Source of the DNA: an uncultured Pelagibacteraceae bacterium
GTDB lineage: Bacteria; Pseudomonadota; Alphaproteobacteria; Pelagibacterales; Pelagibacteraceae
Direction of reading: 5' to 3'
Assembly: GCA_902522955.1 (NCBI GenBank)
Contig: CABYXR010000002.1
Location: 16,205 to 80,204 of the forward strand
DNA: 64,000 nt
Part shown: piece after piece, positions 8,455 to 21,380 of the stretch
Numbering within the stretch: the stretch's first letter is position 1
Layout: each line of letters opens with the position of its first letter
Notes under the pieces: model-generated
The model's input: only the letters and a program-made list of their open reading frames with translations
Databases searched by the model: none
What the model was told of the DNA's origin: nothing
Translations under genes and position numbers: made by a program

Positions 8455-9613
8455 ATCAATGAGTTTAAATTTCGGACCTCAGCATCCAGCTGCGCATGGA
8501 GTACTAAGACTTATTCTTGAGTTAGATGGAGAAGTTGTTGAGAAAGCCGACCCACATATTGGATTACTTCATAGAGGAACTGAAAAACTTATAGAGCAGA
8601 AAACATACACACAAGCTTTACCTTATTTTGATAGATTAGATTATGTTGCTCCAATGAATCAAGAGCATGCTTTTGCGTTGGCAGCAGAAAAACTTCTTAA
8701 AATAGACGTTCCGATTAGAGCTAAGTATATCAGAGTAATATTTTGTGAGATAGGAAGGATTTTAAGTCATATTCTTAACGTTACAACGCAGGCTTTAGAC
8801 GTTGGAGCTTTAACACCATCGCTTTGGGGTTTTGAAGAAAGAGAAACATTAATGACTTTTTATGAGAGAGCATCTGGATCTAGGCTTCACGCAAATTATT
8901 TTAGAACTGGAGGTGTGCACCAAGACATACCCATGAAATTAATAGAAGATATAGAAAAGTTTTGCAGATCATTTCCAAAAATAATTGATGATTTAGAGGG
9001 ATTGCTAACTGATAACCGTATTTTTAAACAAAGAAACGTTGAGATTGGAATAGTAACAAAACAAGAAGCCTTAGATCATAGTTTTTCAGGAGTGATGTTA
9101 AGGGGCTCAGGAGTTCCATGGGATTTAAGAAGATCTCAACCTTACGAAATTTATAAAGATTTAGATTTTAAAATACCCGTTGGAAAAAACGGTGATTGTT
9201 ATGACCGTTATCTTTGTAGAATTGAAGAGATGCGAGAAAGTGTAAAAATTATTCTACAGTGTATTGAGAGAATTCCTAAAGGCCCAGTAAAGTCAATAGA
9301 TGGTAAAATTTCCCCTCCTAACAGAGATGATTTAAAACAATCAATGGAGGCTTTAATACATCATTTTAAATTGTTTACAGAGGGTTACAGAGTTCCTAAA
9401 GGAGATGTATATTCTGCTGTTGAGGCACCGAAAGGAGAATTTGGTGTTTATTTAATTTCTGATGGTACAAACAAACCTTACAGATGTAAAATAAGAGCAC
9501 CGGGTTTTTCTCATTTACAAGCAATGGATTATTTAATACGCGGACATATGTTAGCTGATGTTCCAGCAGTATTAGGATCTCTTGATATAGTCTTTGGAGA
9601 GGTTGATAGATGA
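8438..9613 (+). CDS. nuoD: NADH-quinone oxidoreductase subunit D
   Basis: [33 protein letters not shown]. Confidence 0.98.
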   Translation: MPKKTKSMSLNFGPQHPAAHGVLRLILELDGEVVEKADPHIGLLHRGTEKLIEQKTYTQALPYFDRLDYVAPMNQEHAFALAAEKLLKIDVPIRAKYIRVIFCEIGRILSHILNVTTQALDVGALTPSLWGFEERETLMTFYERASGSRLHANYFRTGGVHQDIPMKLIEDIEKFCRSFPKIIDDLEGLLTDNRIFKQRNVEIGIVTKQEALDHSFSGVMLRGSGVPWDLRRSQPYEIYKDLDFKIPVGKNGDCYDRYLCRIEEMRESVKIILQCIERIPKGPVKSIDGKISPPNRDDLKQSMEALIHHFKLFTEGYRVPKGDVYSAVEAPKGEFGVYLISDGTNKPYRCKIRAPGFSHLQAMDYLIRGHMLADVPAVLGSLDIVFGEVDR

Positions 9614-10215
9614 GCTTAAAAAAAGTGCACGATAAACAACCAGATAATTTTGAATTTAATAAGAAAAATTCAGAGGAAATAGATATTATTTTAAAAAGAT
9701 ATCCTAAGAAAAATAAAAAAAGTGCAGTAATGCCTCTTTTATACTTAGCACAAAAACAAAATAACAACTGGATACCTTTAGCAGCAATGAAGCATATCGC
9801 TAATCTTTTATCCATGCCATATATTTCTGTTTATGAGATAGCTACTTTCTACAGTATGTACAATTTGGCTCCCGTTGGTAAACATTTTATTCAAGTTTGT
9901 ACTACCACTCCGTGTTTATTAAGAGGTGCGGATAAAATTGTCAAATTATGTAAAGAAAAGATATCGCCCAAAGAAAACGAAATTTCAAAAAAGGGCGACT
10001 GTTCATGGGTCGAAGTTGAATGTTTAGGAGCTTGTGTTAGTGCACCAATGATACAAATCAATGATGATTATTATGAAGATTTAGACGAAAAAAACACATC
10101 TGAAATTTTAGAGTCTTTGATAAACGAAAAACCTTTAAAACCAGGTTCGTACAGAGGGCGTAAAAATACATCACCTGAAAAAAAATTTTTTACCAATGGA
10201 GAAAAACATGCTTAA
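9610..10215 (+). CDS. nuoE: NADH-quinone oxidoreductase subunit E
   Basis: VCTTTPC and ECLGAC 2Fe-2S ligands. Confidence 0.97.
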   Translation: MSLKKVHDKQPDNFEFNKKNSEEIDIILKRYPKKNKKSAVMPLLYLAQKQNNNWIPLAAMKHIANLLSMPYISVYEIATFYSMYNLAPVGKHFIQVCTTTPCLLRGADKIVKLCKEKISPKENEISKKGDCSWVEVECLGACVSAPMIQINDDYYEDLDEKNTSEILESLINEKPLKPGSYRGRKNTSPEKKFFTNGEKHA

Positions 10216-11539
10216 AGAAGAAAATAAAATATTCAAAAATCTCTATAATGAATATGGTTGGAGAATAAACGACTCAATTAAAAGAGATGACTGGAAAAAC
10301 ACAGGAAGTATAATCTCAAAAGGTCGAGAATGGATAATAAATGAAATTAAAACATCTGAATTAAGAGGAAGAGGTGGAGCTGGTTTCTCAACAGGCCTAA
10401 AATGGTCATTTGCTCCAAAAGAGATTGGTTCAAGACCACATTATTTAGTTATTAATGCAGATGAGTCGGAACCAGGTACTTGCAAAGACAGAGATATTAT
10501 AAGATTTGAACCTCAAAAGCTTATTGAGGGATGTTTAATTGCTGGTTATGCAGTGAATGCGCACGTTTGTTACATTTACATAAGAGGAGAATATTTAAAT
10601 GAGGGAAAAAGATTACAAGAAGCAATCAATCAAGCTTATGAAAAGAAATTTTTAGGAAAAAATGCATGTGGGTCAGGTTGGGATTTTGACATTCATATTC
10701 ATTATGGAGCTGGCGCTTACATTTGTGGTGAAGAGACGGCATTACTTGAAAGCATGGAGGGTAATAAAGGTCAACCTAGGCTTAAACCACCTTTTCCTGC
10801 ATTAGTAGGTTTATATGGGTGTCCCACGATAGTAAACAATGTTGAAACTATTGCTGTCGTACCTACTATTCTCAGAAGAGGTGGTAAATGGTTTGCGTCA
10901 ATGGGCAAACCAAAAAATACTGGATCAAAAATTTTTTGTATATCTGGCAATGTAAATGCACCATGCAATGTCGAAGAGGAAATGGGTGTACCTTTAAAAG
11001 AGTTAATCGAAAAGCATGCAGGAGGAGTTGTGGGTGGATGGGATAATCTTCAAGCTGTAATTCCAGGAGGTTCTTCAATGCCTTTATTACCAAAAAAAAT
11101 ATGTGATACAATTACAATGGATTTTGACTCCTTAATTGAAAACAAGAGTGGCTTAGGTACAGCAGGAATTGTAGTTATTAATAAACAGCAAGATATTGTG
11201 GCCTGCATGGCAAGAATTGCAAGATTTTATAAACATGAGAGTTGCGGTCAATGCACTCCTTGTAGAGAGGGGTCAGGATGGATGTGGAGAATTTTAGACA
11301 GAGTTGCCAAAAGAAAAGCAACTTATAGCGATGTAAATTTATTAGAAGATGTAACAAAACAAATAGAAGGCCATACTATTTGCGCTTTTGGAGAGGGGTC
11401 TGCTTGGCCGGTACAGGGTTTGCTAAGACACTTCAAGGAAGAAATTGATAGTAGATGTAGAGAAGAACCTTTAGTTAAGAAGAAAATTAATAATCCATAT
11501 TTAGTTGACCAACACTTATTAGAAAATAAAAATGCCTAA
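10208..11539 (+). CDS. nuoF: NADH-quinone oxidoreductase subunit F
   Basis: [43 protein letters not shown]; start placed at MLKEE (10208). Confidence 0.97.
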   Translation: MLKEENKIFKNLYNEYGWRINDSIKRDDWKNTGSIISKGREWIINEIKTSELRGRGGAGFSTGLKWSFAPKEIGSRPHYLVINADESEPGTCKDRDIIRFEPQKLIEGCLIAGYAVNAHVCYIYIRGEYLNEGKRLQEAINQAYEKKFLGKNACGSGWDFDIHIHYGAGAYICGEETALLESMEGNKGQPRLKPPFPALVGLYGCPTIVNNVETIAVVPTILRRGGKWFASMGKPKNTGSKIFCISGNVNAPCNVEEEMGVPLKELIEKHAGGVVGGWDNLQAVIPGGSSMPLLPKKICDTITMDFDSLIENKSGLGTAGIVVINKQQDIVACMARIARFYKHESCGQCTPCREGSGWMWRILDRVAKRKATYSDVNLLEDVTKQIEGHTICAFGEGSAWPVQGLLRHFKEEIDSRCREEPLVKKKINNPYLVDQHLLENKNA

Positions 11540-13574
11540 AATAACTATTAACGGGAAAGAAATAGATTTTGAAAAAGGAATGACAGTCTTGCAAGCCTGT
11601 GAATTAGCAGACGTTGAAATACCAAGATTTTGTTATCATGAAAAACTTTCTATCGCTGGTAATTGTAGAATGTGTCTAGTTGAAATGGAAAAATCTGCAA
11701 AACCAATTGCTTCTTGCGCTATGCCAGCAGCCGAGGGGATGAATATAAAAACGAATACCCAAATGGTTGAAAAGGCTAGAAAAGGCGTTATGGAGTTTTT
11801 ATTAGCCAATCATCCATTGGACTGCCCTGTTTGTGATCAAGGAGGAGAATGTGATTTGCAGGATCAATCTCTATATTATGGAGTAGATAAATCTAGGTTT
11901 GTAGAAAATAAAAGACAAGTGAAAGAAAAGTATATGGGTCCATTAATAAAAACCCAAATGACCAGATGTATTCATTGTACTAGATGTGTAAGATTTGCAA
12001 CTGAAGTAGCAGGAGTTCCTGAAATTGGTGCAATTGGAAGAGGTGAAAATATGGAGATCACAACTTATCTCGAAAAATCAATGGAGTCAGAACTTTCAGC
12101 CAATGTGATAGATCTATGCCCAGTTGGAGCTTTAACATCAAAGCCTTACGCATTTGAAGCAAGACCTTGGGAATTAAAAAAAACTGAAAGTATAGACGTA
12201 ATGGACTCAGTTGGATCAAACATAAGAGTAGATACATACAATTGGGAAGTTAAAAGAATATTGCCCAGACTCAATAATGAAATTAATGAAGAGTGGATAT
12301 CAGATAAAACAAGATATTCTTGTGACGGACTTCTTAAACAAAGATTAGATGTTCCTTATATTAAGAAGAACAACAAACTCTATAAATCGAGTTGGGATGA
12401 AGCATTGGAATTGATATCGAAAAAATTTCAAGAAATAAATCCTGATGAAATTGCTGGACATATAGGAGATATGGTTGGTTTAGAAAACGCCTTAGCTTTT
12501 AAAAAGTTATTTAATTTTATCGGAAGTAAAAATTTAGAATTTAGAGAAAAAAAATTTTATTTAAATTCAGATGAAAAAATGAACTATATATTTAACTCTT
12601 CTATCCAAGGAATAGAAGAGAGTGATTTAATTCTTTTAATAGGCACTAACCCAAGACATGAGGCAACAATGTTAAATGCCAGAATAAGAAAAACTTATGT
12701 TCGAAAGAAAGTACCAATTTATTCAATAGGGGATCCGGGAGAACTTACTTACGATTACCAAATAATAGGTAAAAAAACTGATGATATATTGAAAATTATA
12801 AAAAAAGAAAATGATTTTTCAAAAAAACTTTTATCATCAAAAAAACCAATAATAATTATTGGAGAATCTGCATTAGAACTTAAAAGTGGTGAATATATTT
12901 TTGAAGAAATTAAAAAGTTTTTAAAGCAAAATAATTTTATTACTAAAGATTGGAATGCATTGAATGTTTTAGTTCAAAACGCTTCTACAGTAGGATTAGC
13001 TGATTTAAAAATTTTTCCAAATGAAAAGAGTGATTATACTTTTTTTGATAAATTAAATGGTGGAAAATTTAAATTTCTATATCTTTTAGGTTCAGACAAT
13101 TTAGAAATAAAAAAAACAAATGAATTTGTAATTTATCAAGGAAGCCATGGAGATAGAGGAGCCGAAATAGCAGATTTAATTTTACCAAGCGCGGCTTATA
13201 CAGAACAAAATAGTTTATACGAGAATTTAGAGGGAAGGGTTCAAGAATGTAGAAAAGCATCTTATCCAATTGGGGAGTCTAAAGAGGATTGGAAAATTTT
13301 TAACTCAATAATAAAAAAGTTAGATCAAAATAATAAAAATTTTAAATTTGAATTATTGAGAGAAGAAGTAAAAGAAAAAATACAAAATTTTACAGAAATA
13401 AACGAGCTTCCAGAAAAAACTTTAGCAAATATAAAAGATATAAAGTGTGAATTTATAAGTGAAAAAATTTTAATTAAACCCTTGGATTATTATTACTCAA
13501 ATTCAATTTCTCGCGCATCAAAAACAATGAGTGAATGTAGGCAAATAAATCAAACTGTAAGAAAAACTGGCTAA
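11532..13574 (+). CDS. nuoG: NADH-quinone oxidoreductase subunit G
   Basis: [41 protein letters not shown]. Confidence 0.97.
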   Translation: MPKITINGKEIDFEKGMTVLQACELADVEIPRFCYHEKLSIAGNCRMCLVEMEKSAKPIASCAMPAAEGMNIKTNTQMVEKARKGVMEFLLANHPLDCPVCDQGGECDLQDQSLYYGVDKSRFVENKRQVKEKYMGPLIKTQMTRCIHCTRCVRFATEVAGVPEIGAIGRGENMEITTYLEKSMESELSANVIDLCPVGALTSKPYAFEARPWELKKTESIDVMDSVGSNIRVDTYNWEVKRILPRLNNEINEEWISDKTRYSCDGLLKQRLDVPYIKKNNKLYKSSWDEALELISKKFQEINPDEIAGHIGDMVGLENALAFKKLFNFIGSKNLEFREKKFYLNSDEKMNYIFNSSIQGIEESDLILLIGTNPRHEATMLNARIRKTYVRKKVPIYSIGDPGELTYDYQIIGKKTDDILKIIKKENDFSKKLLSSKKPIIIIGESALELKSGEYIFEEIKKFLKQNNFITKDWNALNVLVQNASTVGLADLKIFPNEKSDYTFFDKLNGGKFKFLYLLGSDNLEIKKTNEFVIYQGSHGDRGAEIADLILPSAAYTEQNSLYENLEGRVQECRKASYPIGESKEDWKIFNSIIKKLDQNNKNFKFELLREEVKEKIQNFTEINELPEKTLANIKDIKCEFISEKILIKPLDYYYSNSISRASKTMSECRQINQTVRKTG

Positions 13575-13579
13575 TATTT

Positions 13580-14587
13580 ATGTATGAATATTTTCAAATT
13601 TTAGGTCAAGAGATTTACAAAATATTATTTTTACTTGTGCCTATTTTAGTTTCAGTAGCCATGATTGTTTGGTTAGATAGAAGAGTGTGGGGATTAGTCC
13701 AAAAAAGAAGAGGTCCAAATGTTGTCGGGCCTTTTGGTCTTTTACAGACCTTGGCAGACGCACTGAAGTATGTTTTTAAGGAAATCATTATTCCTGCTAG
13801 CGCGAATAAAACTGTTTTTATTTTAGCTCCAATAGTAACTATGACTTTAGCTTTAATTGCCTGGGCAGTAATACCTTTAAGTGAAAATCTAGTATTGTCT
13901 GATATCAATGTTGGAATTCTATATTTATTTGCTGTTTCTTCCCTAGGAGTTTATGGAATAATTATGGGTGGCTGGGCATCCAATTCAAAATATCCATTTT
14001 TAGGGGCCATAAGATCAGCAGCCCAAATGGTTTCTTATGAGGTTTCGATAGGTATTATAATCATCAACGTTTTATTGTGTGTAGGATCTCTTAATTTAAA
14101 AGATATAGTCTTAGCACAACAAGACTTATGGTATGTTGTTCCTTTATTCCCAATGTTTATAATTTTTTTCATATCTGCATTAGCGGAGACAAATAGACCA
14201 CCTTTTGACTTACCAGAAGCCGAAGCAGAGTTAGTAGCAGGATACCAAACAGAATATTCTGGAATGATGTATGCAATGTTCTGGTTAGGAGAATATGCAA
14301 ATATTCTATTAATGTGTGCTATGGGAGCTATTTTATTTTTAGGTGGCTGGTTGCCAATAATTGATATTTTTCCATTAAACTTAATTCCAGCACCAATTTG
14401 GATGATACTGAAAATTTTATTTTTGTTTTTCTTGTTTGCGCTCATTAAAGCGATAGTTCCGAGATATAGATATGATCAATTAATGAGATTAGGTTGGAAA
14501 ATATTCTTACCTTTCTCCCTTATATATTTAATTCTAACAGCAAGTTTTCTATTCTTTTTTGATAAATTACCAAAAGGAAATTTCTAA
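13580..14587 (+). CDS. nuoH: NADH-quinone oxidoreductase subunit H
   Basis: [37 protein letters not shown]. Confidence 0.97.
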   Translation: MYEYFQILGQEIYKILFLLVPILVSVAMIVWLDRRVWGLVQKRRGPNVVGPFGLLQTLADALKYVFKEIIIPASANKTVFILAPIVTMTLALIAWAVIPLSENLVLSDINVGILYLFAVSSLGVYGIIMGGWASNSKYPFLGAIRSAAQMVSYEVSIGIIIINVLLCVGSLNLKDIVLAQQDLWYVVPLFPMFIIFFISALAETNRPPFDLPEAEAELVAGYQTEYSGMMYAMFWLGEYANILLMCAMGAILFLGGWLPIIDIFPLNLIPAPIWMILKILFLFFLFALIKAIVPRYRYDQLMRLGWKIFLPFSLIYLILTASFLFFFDKLPKGNF

Positions 14588-15072
14588 TGAGTCTTATAAG
14601 AATTTTAAAAACAATATTTTTAATTGAATTTATTCAAGGTTTGTTAATGGCTATAAAGGAAATGTTTAAAAAATCAAAAACAATTAATTATCCATTTGAA
14701 AAAGGACCAATAAGTCCTCGAATGAGAGGTGAACATGCTTTGAGAAGATACCCCAATGGTGAAGAGAGATGTATCGCTTGTAAATTATGCGAAGCAGTTT
14801 GCCCAGCTCAAGCAATAACTATTGAGTCGACGGAAAGGTCTGATGGTAGCAGAAAAACAACAAGATATGATATTGATATGTTAAAATGCATTTATTGTGG
14901 ACTTTGTCAGGAGTCATGTCCAGTTGACGCAATTGTACAAGGACCAAACTTTGAGTTCGCAACGGAAACTAGAGAGGAACTTTACTACAATAAACAAAAA
15001 CTTCTTGATAATGGAGACAGATGGGAGTCGGTTTTATCTAAAAATATTAAACTTGATAAGCCTTATAGGTAA
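14587..15072 (+). CDS. nuoI: NADH-quinone oxidoreductase subunit I
   Basis: Two 4Fe-4S motifs, [12 protein letters not shown] and [12 protein letters not shown]. Confidence 0.98.
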   Translation: MSLIRILKTIFLIEFIQGLLMAIKEMFKKSKTINYPFEKGPISPRMRGEHALRRYPNGEERCIACKLCEAVCPAQAITIESTERSDGSRKTTRYDIDMLKCIYCGLCQESCPVDAIVQGPNFEFATETREELYYNKQKLLDNGDRWESVLSKNIKLDKPYR

Positions 15073-15699
15073 ATGATAGCTCACTCTATTTTTTTTTATT
15101 TTTTTTCTATAATAGCAATATTTTCATCATTAATGGTAATTACGTCAAGGAGCACTGTCAATTCTGTTTTTTTCTTAATACTGGATTTTATATCTGTTGG
15201 CTGTTTATTTATAATGGTAGGCGCAGAGTTTTTAGGAATGATTATTTTAATTGTATATGTTGGAGCTGTAGCAGTATTATTTTTATTTGTTGTAATGATG
15301 TTGAATGTATCTGAACAAAAACAATCATGGTTTATAGGAAAAAAATCTACTCATTTACCTACTGGATTGATTGTGAGTGTTCTAATATTTTTAGAGTTAC
15401 TAGTTGTGGTAGGAGGCTGGAAATATAAAGATAATTTAATGTCAAGTAGTACTTTAAATGTATCAAATATATCGAACACTCATCAACTTGGACTAGTAAT
15501 GTACACTGAGTATATTTTATATTTTCAAATAGCAGGCATCATACTTTTATTGTCAATGATTGGAGCTATATTACTTACTTTTAGAGAAAGACCGGGTGTA
15601 AAAAAACAAAGTTATTTAAAACAGATTTCGAGAAACCCCTCCTCCTCAGTAGAACTTAAAAATGTAGAATCTTATAAAGGAGTAAAAGTAGATGATTGA
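15073..15699 (+). CDS. nuoJ: NADH-quinone oxidoreductase subunit J
   Basis: Hydrophobic; [23 protein letters not shown]; operon position. Confidence 0.95.
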   Translation: MIAHSIFFYFFSIIAIFSSLMVITSRSTVNSVFFLILDFISVGCLFIMVGAEFLGMIILIVYVGAVAVLFLFVVMMLNVSEQKQSWFIGKKSTHLPTGLIVSVLIFLELLVVVGGWKYKDNLMSSSTLNVSNISNTHQLGLVMYTEYILYFQIAGIILLLSMIGAILLTFRERPGVKKQSYLKQISRNPSSSVELKNVESYKGVKVDD

Positions 15700-16003
15700 A
15701 ATAGGCTTAGGTCATTATTTAACTTTAGGGGCAATTATCTTTTTCCTAGGTGTGATGGGCATATTTCTAAATAGAAAAAACGTTATAGTAATTTTAATGT
15801 CGATAGAATTGATACTTCTTGCAGTAAATATTAATCTAATTTCATTCTCAATATTTTCTGGGGATATTGTTGGTCAAATATTTACTATGCTCACTTTAAC
15901 TGTTGCAGCCGCTGAGGCAGCAATCGGTCTGGCTATAATTGTAATTTATTATCGAAACAAAGGCTCAATTAGAGTTGAAGACATTCATGGGATGAAAGGT
16001 TAA
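15692..16003 (+). CDS. nuoK: NADH-quinone oxidoreductase subunit K
   Basis: [20 protein letters not shown]. Confidence 0.96.
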   Translation: MIEIGLGHYLTLGAIIFFLGVMGIFLNRKNVIVILMSIELILLAVNINLISFSIFSGDIVGQIFTMLTLTVAAAEAAIGLAIIVIYYRNKGSIRVEDIHGMKG

Positions 16004-17911
16004 ATGGAATACGCGATTGTCTTTCTTCCACTTTTAGGAGCTATAGTTGGTTATATATGCAAATCGTTTACAAAATTATTTTCTGAAATTGTCACTAGTA
16101 TATTTGTAAGTTTATCTGCAATATTATCATTAATAGTATTTTGGAATGGTATTTTTAATAATTCCTACGGAAATTTTAAAATTTTTGAATGGGTGAGTTC
16201 GGGAAATTTTGTTGCAAACTGGTCTATTAATATAGATCCTTTAAGCTCAATAATGCTTGTGGTTGTCACTTTAATTTCAGCTTTAGTTCATATTTACTCT
16301 ATAGGTTATATGAGCCACGATCCACATAAACCCCGTTTTATGTCTTATCTTTCGCTATTTACTTTTTCAATGTTAGCACTTGTTGTGTCTGATAATTTTT
16401 TACAATTATTTTTTGGATGGGAAGGAGTTGGCTTGTGTTCTTACTTATTAATAGGTTTTTGGTATAAAAAAGAAACAGCAAATAATGCTGCTATTAAGGC
16501 CTTTATTGTTAATAGAATTGGAGATTTTGGTTTAGCAATAGGTATATTTTTAATCTTTTTTTACTTCGGAACAATTAATTTCAATGAAGTTTTTCAATCT
16601 GTTTCACAATTTTCTGAAAAAGAAATTTTATTTTTAAATTTTGAAATGAATTTAATTTCATTAATTTGTATATTCTTGTTCATAGGAGCAATGGGAAAAT
16701 CAGCTCAATTTTTGCTACATACCTGGTTACCCGATGCAATGGAAGGACCAACACCTGTTTCTGCTTTAATTCATGCTGCTACAATGGTAACAGCAGGAGT
16801 ATTTTTAGTTGTTAGGTGCTCACCACTATTTGAATTTTCTCAAGTAGCTTTAAATATTGTAACTATTGTTGGGATGATTACAGCTATATTTGCTGCATCT
16901 GTTGCTCTAGTTCAAAATGATATCAAAAAAATTGTTGCTTACTCAACTTGTAGCCAACTCGGTTATATGTTTTTTGCAGCAGGTATTAGTGCTTACCATG
17001 TAGCGATGTTTCATCTTTTTACACATGCTTTTTTTAAAGCTTTACTATTTTTAGGTTCTGGTTCGGTAATACATGCTTTTAAAGATGAACAAGATATTCG
17101 AAAAATGGGAGGAATAAGAAAAAAACTTCCTTATACATACGCTTATATGTTAATCGGAACTTTGGCTTTAACTGGGTTTCCGTTTTTATCTGGGTTTTAT
17201 TCAAAAGATGCAATTATTGAGTTTGCGTATTTAAGCAAATCTTCATTAGGCAATTACGCAGTATTCATAGGTATTTTCACAGCTCTACTGACATCAATAT
17301 ATTCTTGGAGACTTTTTTTTAAAACTTTTCACGGGCCTTATAATAATAAGTCAATCCCCATAAATGATACTCATGAATCTCCTATAATAATGTTATTGCC
17401 TTTACTATTGCTAGCAATAGGAGCAATTTCAGCGGGATATGTATTTAAAGAGACATTAATTGGTCATAATAGTAGTGAATTTTGGAAGTCATCCATATTC
17501 TTCCTTGAAGAAATAAAACATGATTACATACCTCTTTGGTTTTTACTGCTAACTCCTTTTTTAGTAGTTATAACTATACCAGTATCATTTTATTATTTTA
17601 TTTCGAATACTAAAATCTTGGAAAGCTTTAAAAATACGAATTTACCGTTGTATCATTTTTTATTAAACAAATGGTATATAGATGAGCTGTACGATTCAAT
17701 TTTAGTGAATCCTGCTAAAAAGATCGGTTTATTTTTTTGGAAAAAAGGAGATCTAGGAACTATAGATAAGTTTGGACCTGATGGAATCTCAAAACTAGTT
17801 AAAATAATAGCCAATAAAGCTGGGAAATTGCAAACTGGTTTTATTTATGACTATGCATTTGTGATGTTAATTGGATTATCAATATTACTAACTTATTTAA
17901 TATTAATTTAA
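16004..17911 (+). CDS. nuoL: NADH-quinone oxidoreductase subunit L
   Basis: GKSAQ..LHTWLPDAMEGPTPVSALIHAATMV. Confidence 0.97.
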   Translation: MEYAIVFLPLLGAIVGYICKSFTKLFSEIVTSIFVSLSAILSLIVFWNGIFNNSYGNFKIFEWVSSGNFVANWSINIDPLSSIMLVVVTLISALVHIYSIGYMSHDPHKPRFMSYLSLFTFSMLALVVSDNFLQLFFGWEGVGLCSYLLIGFWYKKETANNAAIKAFIVNRIGDFGLAIGIFLIFFYFGTINFNEVFQSVSQFSEKEILFLNFEMNLISLICIFLFIGAMGKSAQFLLHTWLPDAMEGPTPVSALIHAATMVTAGVFLVVRCSPLFEFSQVALNIVTIVGMITAIFAASVALVQNDIKKIVAYSTCSQLGYMFFAAGISAYHVAMFHLFTHAFFKALLFLGSGSVIHAFKDEQDIRKMGGIRKKLPYTYAYMLIGTLALTGFPFLSGFYSKDAIIEFAYLSKSSLGNYAVFIGIFTALLTSIYSWRLFFKTFHGPYNNKSIPINDTHESPIIMLLPLLLLAIGAISAGYVFKETLIGHNSSEFWKSSIFFLEEIKHDYIPLWFLLLTPFLVVITIPVSFYYFISNTKILESFKNTNLPLYHFLLNKWYIDELYDSILVNPAKKIGLFFWKKGDLGTIDKFGPDGISKLVKIIANKAGKLQTGFIYDYAFVMLIGLSILLTYLILI

Positions 17912-17912
17912 T

Positions 17913-19412
17913 ATGAATTTCCCAATATTATCGACTCTTATTTTCTTACCTCTAGTAAGTTCTTTATTCATTTTTTTATCAAAAGATCAAAAAAATAATG
18001 CTAGCGCAATTTATATCTCTCTTTTTTCGAGTTTAGCAACTTTCGTATTGTCTTTATTTCTATGGTATTCTTTAGATTTAAATTCACCAGATTTTCAATT
18101 TATTGAAGAAAAATCATGGATAAATGATTACATTAAATTTAAATTAGGAGTAGATGGCATATCTATACTTTTTATTGTACTTACAGCTTTAATAACCCCA
18201 ATTTGTATCATCTCTTGTATAAATAGTGTTAAAGACAGAGTAAAAGAATTTCTAATAGCAATTCTAGTCCTAGAAACTTTTATGATTGGTGTTTTTTGCT
18301 CATTAGATTTGGTAATTTTCTATTTATTTTTTGAGGCAGGCTTGATACCAATGTTTTTAATTATAGGTGTTTGGGGTGGACCTAAAAGGGTTTATTCTGC
18401 ATTTAAGTTTTTTCTTTATACATTATTAGGATCAGTCTTAATGCTAGTAGCGATAATTGCAATTTACTGGCTGACTGGAACAACTGATATTACCCAGATA
18501 CAGGAAATAAAAATTCCAAGAGAGTATCAAAATCTATTATGGCTGGCTTTCTTTAGCTCATTTGCAGTTAAAACTCCTATGTGGCCAGTTCATACTTGGT
18601 TACCAGATGCTCATGTTGAAGCACCTACTGCTGGCTCTGTAATACTTGCTGCAATACTTTTGAAAATGGCTGGTTATGGTTTTTTAAGATTTTCGATACC
18701 TTTATTTCCAGCAGCATCAGAATTTTTCACTCCTCTTATTTATACATTAAGTATTGTAGCTATTATTTACACATCACTGGTAGCTTTAATGCAAGACGAT
18801 ATGAAGAAATTAATAGCTTACTCATCAGTAGCTCATATGGGATATGTAACTTTGGGTATTTTTACACTTACTAAACAAGGTATAGAAGGAAGTGTATTTC
18901 AAATGATTAGCCATGGACTGATCTCAGCTGCTCTTTTTCTTTGTGTCGGAGTGGTTTATGACAGATTACATTCTAGACTTATAAGCACTTACGGTGGATT
19001 GGTAAATTATCTACCAAAATACTCTTTTTTATTTTTAGTTTTTGCTCTAGCAGCTCTTGGATTACCCGGCACCACAGGTTTTTTAGGTGAGTTTTTAATA
19101 CTAACTGGAAGCTTTCAAAAAAATTATATAGTGGCTATGTTAGCTACTCTTGGTGTTGTATTGGGAGCCGCCTATATTTTATGGCTTACAAAAAGGGTGA
19201 TATTTGGAAAAACTAATAATGAACAAATCAAAAGCGTAAAAGACACTAACAAACTTGAAATATTAATGTTGGTCTCATTAGCTTTTCTTGTAATATTTTT
19301 TGGCATTTATCCATACCCTTTAATGGAAACTTTAAATATTTCAGTTGATAATTTGATAACAAACTACGAGCAATCTTTGAATGAAATAAATATAGCAAAA
19401 AATGATCAATAA
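17913..19412 (+). CDS. nuoM: NADH-quinone oxidoreductase subunit M
   Basis: HTWLPDAHVEAPTAGS, KKLIAYSSVAHMG. Confidence 0.97.
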   Translation: MNFPILSTLIFLPLVSSLFIFLSKDQKNNASAIYISLFSSLATFVLSLFLWYSLDLNSPDFQFIEEKSWINDYIKFKLGVDGISILFIVLTALITPICIISCINSVKDRVKEFLIAILVLETFMIGVFCSLDLVIFYLFFEAGLIPMFLIIGVWGGPKRVYSAFKFFLYTLLGSVLMLVAIIAIYWLTGTTDITQIQEIKIPREYQNLLWLAFFSSFAVKTPMWPVHTWLPDAHVEAPTAGSVILAAILLKMAGYGFLRFSIPLFPAASEFFTPLIYTLSIVAIIYTSLVALMQDDMKKLIAYSSVAHMGYVTLGIFTLTKQGIEGSVFQMISHGLISAALFLCVGVVYDRLHSRLISTYGGLVNYLPKYSFLFLVFALAALGLPGTTGFLGEFLILTGSFQKNYIVAMLATLGVVLGAAYILWLTKRVIFGKTNNEQIKSVKDTNKLEILMLVSLAFLVIFFGIYPYPLMETLNISVDNLITNYEQSLNEINIAKNDQ

Positions 19413-20817
19413 CTTAAACATTTTATTACCCGAGATATTTTTAACTTTATCAATTTTTGGTATTTTGATGCTAGGAGTTTTTATTAAAAGAAGTTTTAAT
19501 TTGGTTTTTAATTTATCTTCTATAGTAATTATAGTTACAATTACCATAATTTTAAATTCTCCAAATAATGTTGAAAAAATATTTTTAGAAAGCTTTATAA
19601 GAGACTCTTTTTCTCAATTCTTTAAGTTGTTAATTCTTGTTTCAAGCTTATTCGTTCTTAATTCTTCTAAATCTTTTATCCATGATAATAAAATAGATAA
19701 ATTTGAGTATCCTATAATTATTCTTATTTCGATTTTAGGAATGTTTTTTATGGTCAGTTCAAATGACTTAATTTTATTTTATTTAGGTTTAGAATTACAA
19801 TCATTGGCTCTTTATATTTTAGCATCAATAGACAGAGATAATCTAAGATCCTCAGAGTCAGGTATCAAATATTTTGTATTAAGCGCTTTATCGTCAGGAC
19901 TACTTTTATACGGCTGTTCGTTATTATATGGTTTTACAGGTTCAACTAATTTTGAAATAATATCTTTTGAATTAATTGACACAAATGTTGGTGCAATATT
20001 CGCTATGGTATTTATATTAGTAGGTCTTGCATTTAAAGTTTCAGCAGTGCCTTTTCATATGTGGACACCTGACGTTTATGAAGGTGCACCTACGTCTATA
20101 ACAAGTTTTTTTGCAGTTGTTCCAAAGGTTGCAGGTCTAGCTTTATTAATAAAATTTATGTTTGTTCCATTTTCTAATATTTTATTAGAATGGCAAACGA
20201 TAATGATTTTTATTTCAATTGCATCAATGATATTAGGTGCAGTAGCAGCTATTGTTCAAAAAAATATTAAAAGACTTTTAGCTTATAGTTCAATCGGACA
20301 TATTGGTTACGCTTTAGCAGGGGTAGCATCGGGTTCAATTACTGGTTATGCAAGCTCAGTTTTATATATAACAATATATGTAGTGATGAACATAGGGGCA
20401 TTTTCATGTTTATATTTAATGAAAAAAGATGGAAATTATAAAGAAGACATTGAGGATTTATCAGGTGTTTCAAAAAAACATCCTATTTTAGCAATTTCAT
20501 TTTTAATAATCTTATTTTCTTTAGCTGGAGTCCCGCCGCTAGGAGGTTTTTTTGCAAAGTTTTATGTATTTAAAGCTGTGTTAGAGCAAGAGATGTATGT
20601 CCTAGCTATAGTTGGATTACTTACTACTGTGATATCTGCTTTTTATTATTTAAGAATTATAAAAATAATTTATTTTGACGAAAAATCTAGCACATTTGAT
20701 AAAGTTAAGAATAAAGTAGTTCAAGTTACTGTTTTTTTAAGCTGCAGTATTTTAATCACCTTTTTCTTGTATCCGTATTTTTTAAATAATATCGTAAATT
20801 CGTTATTCATTGTCTAA
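19402..20817 (+). CDS. nuoN: NADH-quinone oxidoreductase subunit N
   Basis: FKVSAVPFHMWTPDVYEGAP, KRLLAYSSIGH. Confidence 0.97.
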   Translation: MINNLNILLPEIFLTLSIFGILMLGVFIKRSFNLVFNLSSIVIIVTITIILNSPNNVEKIFLESFIRDSFSQFFKLLILVSSLFVLNSSKSFIHDNKIDKFEYPIIILISILGMFFMVSSNDLILFYLGLELQSLALYILASIDRDNLRSSESGIKYFVLSALSSGLLLYGCSLLYGFTGSTNFEIISFELIDTNVGAIFAMVFILVGLAFKVSAVPFHMWTPDVYEGAPTSITSFFAVVPKVAGLALLIKFMFVPFSNILLEWQTIMIFISIASMILGAVAAIVQKNIKRLLAYSSIGHIGYALAGVASGSITGYASSVLYITIYVVMNIGAFSCLYLMKKDGNYKEDIEDLSGVSKKHPILAISFLIILFSLAGVPPLGGFFAKFYVFKAVLEQEMYVLAIVGLLTTVISAFYYLRIIKIIYFDEKSSTFDKVKNKVVQVTVFLSCSILITFFLYPYFLNNIVNSLFIV

Positions 20818-21380
20818 TGAAAATAAAATCAATTAGTCATCAAATTGTAGAAAGCACTAATGATGAAGCAATCAAATTAATTAAAAAAAATATTTCACAG
20901 CCAATATTGATTACATCAAAAAGACAGTCTAATGGCAGAGGACAGAGGGGAAAAAAATGGCTTTCTTTAAAAGGAAATTTATTTTTTTCTGTATTTTTTG
21001 AAATAAATGAAAAAAAAATTAATTTAAAACAATATACAAAATTAAACGCTTATTTATTAAGAAATGTTTTATCAAAATATGTTTGTAAAAATATAAAGAT
21101 AAAATGGCCTAATGATCTAATGATAGAGCATAAAAAAGTTTGTGGAATTTTACAAGAAATAATAGATCATAAAAAGAAAAAATTTATGATAGTTGGAGTG
21201 GGTATAAATACATTGAGTTCACCTGTTATTCTTAAACTTAAAACAACAAATCTATCAAGTTTCTCAAAAAAAAAGGTAGATAATGATATAATTTTAAAAG
21301 ATATTAAAAAAACTTATGAAAAATTTATTATTAAAACCAAACAGTACAATTATTCACATTTAAAGGAAAAAATGAAATGA
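20817..21380 (+). CDS. birA: Biotin--protein ligase (short, catalytic domain only)
   Basis: STND, Q..GRGQRGKKW, IKWPNDL, KKVCGIL, GVGIN; nuoN-birA synteny. Confidence 0.9.
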   Translation: MKIKSISHQIVESTNDEAIKLIKKNISQPILITSKRQSNGRGQRGKKWLSLKGNLFFSVFFEINEKKINLKQYTKLNAYLLRNVLSKYVCKNIKIKWPNDLMIEHKKVCGILQEIIDHKKKKFMIVGVGINTLSSPVILKLKTTNLSSFSKKKVDNDIILKDIKKTYEKFIIKTKQYNYSHLKEKMK

